A stretch of DNA of 64,000 bases from Camelus ferus. Lineage: Eukaryota. Below are positions 59,021-64,000 of the stretch, one piece after another. Location of the stretch: the NCBI RefSeq assembly GCF_009834535.1, contig NC_045727.1:6572001-6636000 (forward strand), written 5' to 3'. The position numbers and the translations under genes are program-made. The notes beneath the pieces were generated by a model. It was not told where the DNA came from. It searched no databases and saw only the letters and a program-made list of their open reading frames with translations. Every line of letters begins with the position of its first letter. The first letter of the stretch is position 1.

Positions 59021-59215
59021 GAGTTTGAATTCTTAGTCTTATCTCTACCTGCTGTGTTTCCTTGGACACATTACCTAACCTGTTTGAGGCTTGGTTATTT
59101 TCTTTGATAAAACAGAGGTGAGAAAAGTTGCTAACATGGGATTTTTTTTGAGGATAGAATGAGATGATATAGTCAGTGCTCCATGCAGTGCGTGGAGTGG
59201 AGTAAATGCTAAATA
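59020..59215 (+). mobile_element. MIR SINE
   Basis: 'ctacctgctgtgtttccttggacacattacctaacctgtttgaggcttggttattttctttgataaaacagagg'. Confidence 0.6.
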
Positions 59216-60019
59216 AATGCAGAGCTGCTGGGAGAATGATAATGAAGATGAGAGCAATTAATACAGGAAGGGGGAGGGCAAGAGGAAGAGAAAAGCTGGC
59301 TAATTTAAAAGCAGCCCCTTCAACAGACGCTATTCCACAGCCCCATCCCCCTCTGTCTAGCCTCATTTCCCCCAGTTCGTGCCATTCTCCTAGACCCGTG
59401 GTTTTCAACCCTGGCTGTCCATTAGAAATTCCTGGGGAGCTTTTAAAATTCCTGTTGTTCAAGTCCCACTCCATACCACGGTACCTGGCACTTGGGAAAG
59501 GCTCAATAAAGACTGTTATCTTCCATGATTACCAGAAGCACACATTCTTGTCTTTTTTCCAAAAGCTATAGAGGCAGAAGCGGCTTCTACAGAAGCTCCT
59601 CAAAAATCCGTTGTCAATCTCCCAGCATTCACACCAGCTTAAGTACAATACAGCACCCAAGCCTGCCCTATTTGTCAAGCACAAACAGAAAGTCAAACAT
59701 CAGATTTTCCACGCATGGAGAGCAGCCATCTGAGCCCAGACAGGAACACGGATGCCCTCGCAGAAGGCTCTCGCGAGACCTTGGGAATCCACAGCCCAGA
59801 CAAGCAGGGGCCTTGATAAATCAGAGCAGCTGGTGGGACTTCTAACTAAGCTGGAAAGAGAAGGATTTAGGCTCTTGATCACCTTCAACTCTGACTACCA
59901 TGTTCCCACTTTACAACGGAGGCCAGGTGGGAAACCTGGGTAGAAGATGCACACCTGGAGTGCAGGGGACCAGACCAGCAGGGCAGGTAAGCACATGGCA
60001 GTCAGGAGGCAGCCAGACT

Positions 60020-60210
60020 TAAGTTCAAGTACCAGCACCGCCAAGTTTTTAGCTGAAAGATCTTGGGGAAGTCGCTTCACCTCTCTGAAACCCCAGTTCC
60101 CCACCTATAAAAGTGGCTTAATAAAATACCTCCCTGGTAAGGTGGTTTTGAAGATTAAAAGTGACATAGAAGGTTGCTTTGTAAAGTGCTTGTCACTTAA
60201 CAAGCACATG
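60020..60210 (+). mobile_element. MIR SINE
   Basis: 'atcttggggaagtcgcttcacctctctgaaaccccagttccccacctataaaagtgg'. Confidence 0.7.
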
Positions 60211-60688
60211 ATAACTGGCTCCAATTTCTCACTGCATGGGTGTCAACATTTATGGATTTTCTTTAAATACCTGAAGGACCTAGACCTTTTCTCTGTCACA
60301 CACACTATCCTGTTTCTTTCCTGTTTCTTCTGTTAAGTAACATTTTTTAAATGGACATTCAGCTGCTCCTCACCCCTTCTGTCTTGTTCCCATATAAATG
60401 CATACAAATAAAATCATCTTAATGAAAGGAGAATTTCTTCTTTTCCCTTAAAGTTTCTTTAGTGATGGAATTCATGTAAAGCTCTGAATTATGAAAACGT
60501 ATCCTGTTTAATTTTTTGTGAGTGGACTATTTTCAAATACACACCCCCAAAATGCTGGGGAAAAAAACCACCTATGAAGTTGGTATTGCCCTCTGTTCCT
60601 TGTCATAAGAATAAGCATTTAATACCTCATACCACATTTAACCCTCACAACCTCCTGATGAGACTGGTACCATCTGGATCCCAGTTTT

Positions 60689-60875
60689 TCTCAATAAATT
60701 AATTTACTGAAGTATAACACATATTCAGAAAAGTGCACAGAAGTGTGTAAGTCAACGGGTTTTCACAAAGCGATCACAGCTGTGCCACCAGCACCCAGCT
60801 CAGAGCCCCCCACGTGTCTCCTCAAGGAATAGTTTAGCTGGCGTTGTACTTTGTATAAATGGAATCACACAGTAC
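60689..60875 (-). mobile_element. ancient L1M (L1MD/L1ME-like) 3' end, internally deleted
   Basis: 'tttactgaagtataacacatattcagaaaagtgcac...ttttcacaaagcga...ccagcacccag...tataaatggaatcacacagtac'. Confidence 0.7.
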
Positions 60876-61019
60876 TGTCTTAGACAGAATAATGAACCCC
60901 CTTAAATATATCCAAGCCCTAATCCCCAGAATCTCTATGTATGTTACCTTGCACGGCAAAGGGTACTTTGTGGGTGTGATTAAATTAAGGACTTTGAGAT
61001 GGGGAGATTCTCTTGGATT
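60876..61019 (+). mobile_element. MLT1D-like LTR 5' fragment
   Basis: 'agacagaataatg...ccctaatccccagaa...atgttaccttgcacggcaaagggtactttg...gtgattaaattaaggactttgagatggggagatt'; breaks off after about 145 bp. Confidence 0.75.
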
Positions 61020-61769
61020 TGGATCCCAGTTTTAAAGTTGCAGCCCAGGTTGCTTAAGTCTAAGGCCAAAAGTCATACATTAAGTGGCAAGGCTGAGATG
61101 TGAACCCACATGGAATCTAGGATCTATACTTTGAACCACCACTGCAGGTGGAAAAACAGGCTCTGAGAGGCGACGTGATCTGCCCGTGATCACAAAGGTC
61201 AAAGTGCAGAGCTGGGATCTGGACGGGGCCTCCGCCTCCTGACTGCATGGTGCTTCTTGCCAAGCTGACATGCCACGGACATTCCCAGCCTAGATCCTTG
61301 ATACTAAGAGCTTCCCCTGATAACCTGCTCTTCCCAGTGCGCCACTCTGTGCCAGCTGCGGATGACAGCTGCATGAGCCACTCACCAGCCAGAAGGCAGC
61401 TCGGTTGCCTCCCGAGTGTCACTTGCTGTCCCCAGTCCCCTTGGGTGGAAAGGTAATACCACCAGCTCTCTACCACTTTCTGAGGAAGGCTGTGGTCTCT
61501 AGGCCCCTTCACACCGGCTTCAGATAGCACTGACCAGGCAGAAGGAAATGTCGGCTGCATTTTCTGCATCGTGTGCAGATTGCGGAATAGCTTAGCGGAT
61601 AGGAATGAACATTACGGCTGCTCTGGAGCCAAAGAGGTATCAGCCATCCCCTTTCTTCGAGGGTAGCCATGAGATTTAAGCTGGCCACAGGACTAAATGC
61701 AAAGCCAGGGTCCCAAAGGTCAGAGGTTCCTTAATTCTCAAGATGAGGAAACCTAACACCTACAGTAAC

Positions 61770-61960
61770 ACTAGTTGGTCTTTACTGAGCACCTGCCACA
61801 CACTAGACGCTGTGCTAGGTGCTTCTGCACTGATTTCCCTATAATCCTCACTACAGTCTAGAGACATAGACCATTATTGGGCCCCCTTTACTCAAAAAGA
61901 GTGGAGATCTGAAAGGCATGCTCAGGACCACCCAGCCAGAATTGGCTTTCTGACCCCAGA
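61770..61960 (-). mobile_element. MIR SINE
   Basis: 'tttactgagcacctgccacacactagacgctgtgctaggtgcttc...cccctttactcaaaaagagtggagatctga'-like MIR antisense. Confidence 0.6.
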
Positions 61961-62149
61961 GATAGGGTGCCGACCCTCTACAGTTTACACCCTCCAGAAA
62001 GGTAAAGTTTTCTAGTCCCAGTTATTCTCCAAGTCAGTGACAGGCTGAGACCTAACACCAGATTTATCTTCTGCACAATGAGGCCGACTTTGCAGCTAGT
62101 ACTGGGCACAGATAGAGAATGAGTCACAGGCAAGAATTCACAGTATAGT

Positions 62150-62860
62150 CGTCACAAGCATGGAGGTAGAGAACAGATGGCTGCCCATCATGGCTGTTTC
62201 TCCTTCCCCTTCTTGACTCAGAAGTCAAGTCTAGTTGTCTAAGCCATTCCCACTCTCTTGCCAGGGACTGGTTTGGGAATGGGACAGGGAACTTAGTTTT
62301 TGGCCCATGGCTCATTGGAATATTTCCTTGCTCTTAAAGAGACATAGTCAAGGGAGGAGGGACAAATTAGGAGAATGGGATTAACAGATAAAATAGATAA
62401 GTAACAAGAACTTACTGTGTAGCACAGGGAATTATGCCCAATATCTTGTAATAACCTATAATGGAATATAATCTGCAAAAAAATATATATAAATCACTAT
62501 GCTGTACACCTGAAGCTAACACAATACTGTAAATCAACTAAACTTCAATAAAAAAAATAAAGAGAGACATAGTCAAGAAAAGACCTCTCATCTTCCCTGG
62601 ATGTGTTATTTGGATGTGACACCTGGAACCACAGCAGCCACTTCGTGACTTTGAGAAGAGCCAGACTGAAGGTAATTCCTATGAGTTTAGAGATGGAAAG
62701 AATTCAGGTAAGATGAATTGTTAAAATGCTAATTAACCAGTCACAGAACCAAATGTCCTCCAGACTGCCTGTTAGGGATATTATGAAAGTCTTTCTTGTT
62801 TCAGTACATTGAGTCAAGGTTTTCTATCACTTGCAGCCAGAAGCACTCTCACTAATACAA
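62150..62860 (+). mobile_element. old MLT1 LTR interrupted by L1
   Basis: 'gactggtttgggaatgggacaggga...ttttggcccatg' and 'tgtgacacctggaaccacagcagccacttcgtgactttgag...ttttctatcacttgcagccagaagcactctcactaataca'. Confidence 0.6.
62353..62562 (+). mobile_element. 5'-truncated cetartiodactyl L1 3' end with TSD
   Basis: 'gtgtagcacagggaattatgcccaatatcttgtaataacctataatgg...gctgtacacctgaagctaacacaatactgtaaatcaacta..cttcaataaaaaaaa'; perfect 15-bp TSD agagacatagtcaag at 62338-62352 and 62563-62577. Confidence 0.88.
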
Positions 62861-62879
62861 TGAACCTTGAATTCTGGTG

Positions 62880-63050
62880 TCAAATTTCATGAGTTCTAGT
62901 CCTCACTCCACCACCAGTTAGCCATGTGACCTTGGACAAGTCTCTTAACCCTTCTGAGCCTTGGTTTTCCTCCTCTATACAAACTGGTGGGTCATAACAA
63001 CCCTGGGTCATTGTGCAGATACAATGAGAGGATAAAAATCAAAACACTTT
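62880..63050 (+). mobile_element. MIR SINE
   Basis: 'ccagttagccatgtgaccttggacaagtctcttaacccttctgagccttggttttcctcctctatac'. Confidence 0.75.
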
Positions 63051-63130
63051 GCAAATAGAAAACTCAGGGGTATTGCTGGATATGAGTATTGTTGCTGATG
63101 TTACAGACGCAGTAGGGCCAGAAGAAGCCT

Positions 63131-63260
63131 GGGGAATCCTGGGGCGGGGCGCCCAGACCCTGCTCTTGTTCCTGGCGAGAGACTCAAGGAAGGGAGCAGC
63201 TGCACAGGCTCAGATAAGGCCACATTTGCATTCCCCCAACCTCTGCCACCCCACCATCTG
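63131..63260. promoter_or_regulatory. candidate enhancer or promoter motif cluster
   Basis: GC box GGGGCGGGGC 63141-63150, E-box CAGCTG 63197-63202, AGATAAG 63212-63218, octamer ATTTGCAT 63224-63231, CACCC box near 63246, in a gap between two MIRs; motif evidence only. Confidence 0.4.
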
Positions 63261-63404
63261 CAGGCTGAGCCAGACAGCAGCCCTTCCCAGGGGCACAGGG
63301 CCAGCAGTGAGCATCTGATGGAGGGAGGGATGCTGAGGTGGGCAGGGGCTGAGAGGAGACTGCACCTCAGCCATGGAAGCCCCACCAGAGCAGCTCATAC
63401 ACCA

Positions 63405-63640
63405 GTGACAGTATATGATTCTACCTATCATATTCTGACAGTCTCCTGGGTGGCCAGATCCTCTGCTTTCAGCCTCTCATTCAACCCTCATAACAACTCT
63501 ATGAAGTAGATTTATTCCTATTTTATGGATGAGGGAACCGAAGCTCAGAGAGATTAACAAACATGTCCAAGTTTAAACAGCCAGGAGTGGGAAGGCCAGA
63601 CCTGCAGGACTCCAAAGCCACGCTCTTAATCACCATGCTG
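63405..63640 (-). mobile_element. MIR SINE
   Basis: 'cattcaaccctcataacaactctatgaagtag...ttttatggatgagggaaccgaagctcagagagattaac'. Confidence 0.7.
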
Positions 63641-64000
63641 TAGCCGAGAAAATCAGATGCCCCTCAAGCTGCATGGAAAGAAGGCATGAGCAGTTCTGGG
63701 AAGAGCTGGACTTCTGTGTTCACTGACCTGGATTTCGTGGAGCTCACCGCCGAGCCTGCGACCAAAGCATTCAGACTTCAACTGTTCCTACGTTTTGCCT
63801 TTGACATCCTGGCCTATCTCAGAACTTTCCTCTTCCTTCTGTGTCATCTCTCTCGGTAGGGGTCCTGGTCTCCAGGAGAGAGTCCTCAAGGGAAACGGCT
63901 CCAGAAAAGTGGGAACAGTACCTGTCTCTAAGAGTCTGGGGGCCCAAGCGCGCAAGAGAGAAGGAGCATTTGGGAGTGGACTGGTTACTCCCTGCTGGAT

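Larger units (their letters stand above)
60590..61140 (-). mobile_element. MIR SINE split by a TSD-flanked insert
   Basis: 'tttaaccctcacaacctcct...atcccagtttt' joins 'aaagttgcagccc...aaaagtcatacattaagtggcaaggctgagatgtgaaccca' once 60689-61033 is removed. Confidence 0.7.

Noticed and set aside
58764-59474. 236-aa minus-strand ORF, the longest in the track
   Set aside because: Runs across MER5, MIR and an A/purine tract (poly-F/S/L); typical stop-poor noise.
63376-63411. Strong-Kozak ATG reading MEAPPEQLIHQ*
   Set aside because: Only 11 codons with no splice donor; the resemblance to an Ig-kappa leader start is superficial.
63686-63859. About 57-codon ORF MSSSGKSWTSVFTDLDFVELTAEP... with a hydrophobic tail
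   Set aside because: No recognisable homology, promoter or splice support; within chance expectation. Coordinates approximate.

Overview
This is mammalian genomic DNA, not prokaryotic, and most likely camelid (alpaca, llama or camel). The evidence is a tRNA-derived SINE at 27994-28147 resembling camelid Vic-1, plus short cetartiodactyl-type L1 3' ends with target-site duplications (TSDs). A large part of the window is decayed transposable elements: MIR, L2, MaLR/MLT1 LTRs, ERVL and ERV1-type LTRs, old L1M fragments and hAT MER5/MER58. Microsatellites and low-complexity tracts are scattered between them. I recognised no protein-coding exon, RNA gene or CRISPR array. The supplied ORFs look like noise from repeats and low-complexity DNA, so the window is probably a large intron or gene desert. 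I found no convincing new biological system. The best lead is a 331-bp composite insert (old L1 3' end plus MLT1D piece) with a perfect 14-bp TSD at an L1 endonuclease site, which may be a retro-copied cellular RNA. Other leads are a three-level transposon nest, several recent TSD-flanked insertions, an old ~118-bp tandem duplication, and repeat-free islands with RFX, GATA, CTCF or homeodomain motif clusters. Repeat family names come from recalled consensus sequences, not a RepeatMasker run. Boundaries of old repeats are approximate (tens of bp) unless a TSD fixes them.
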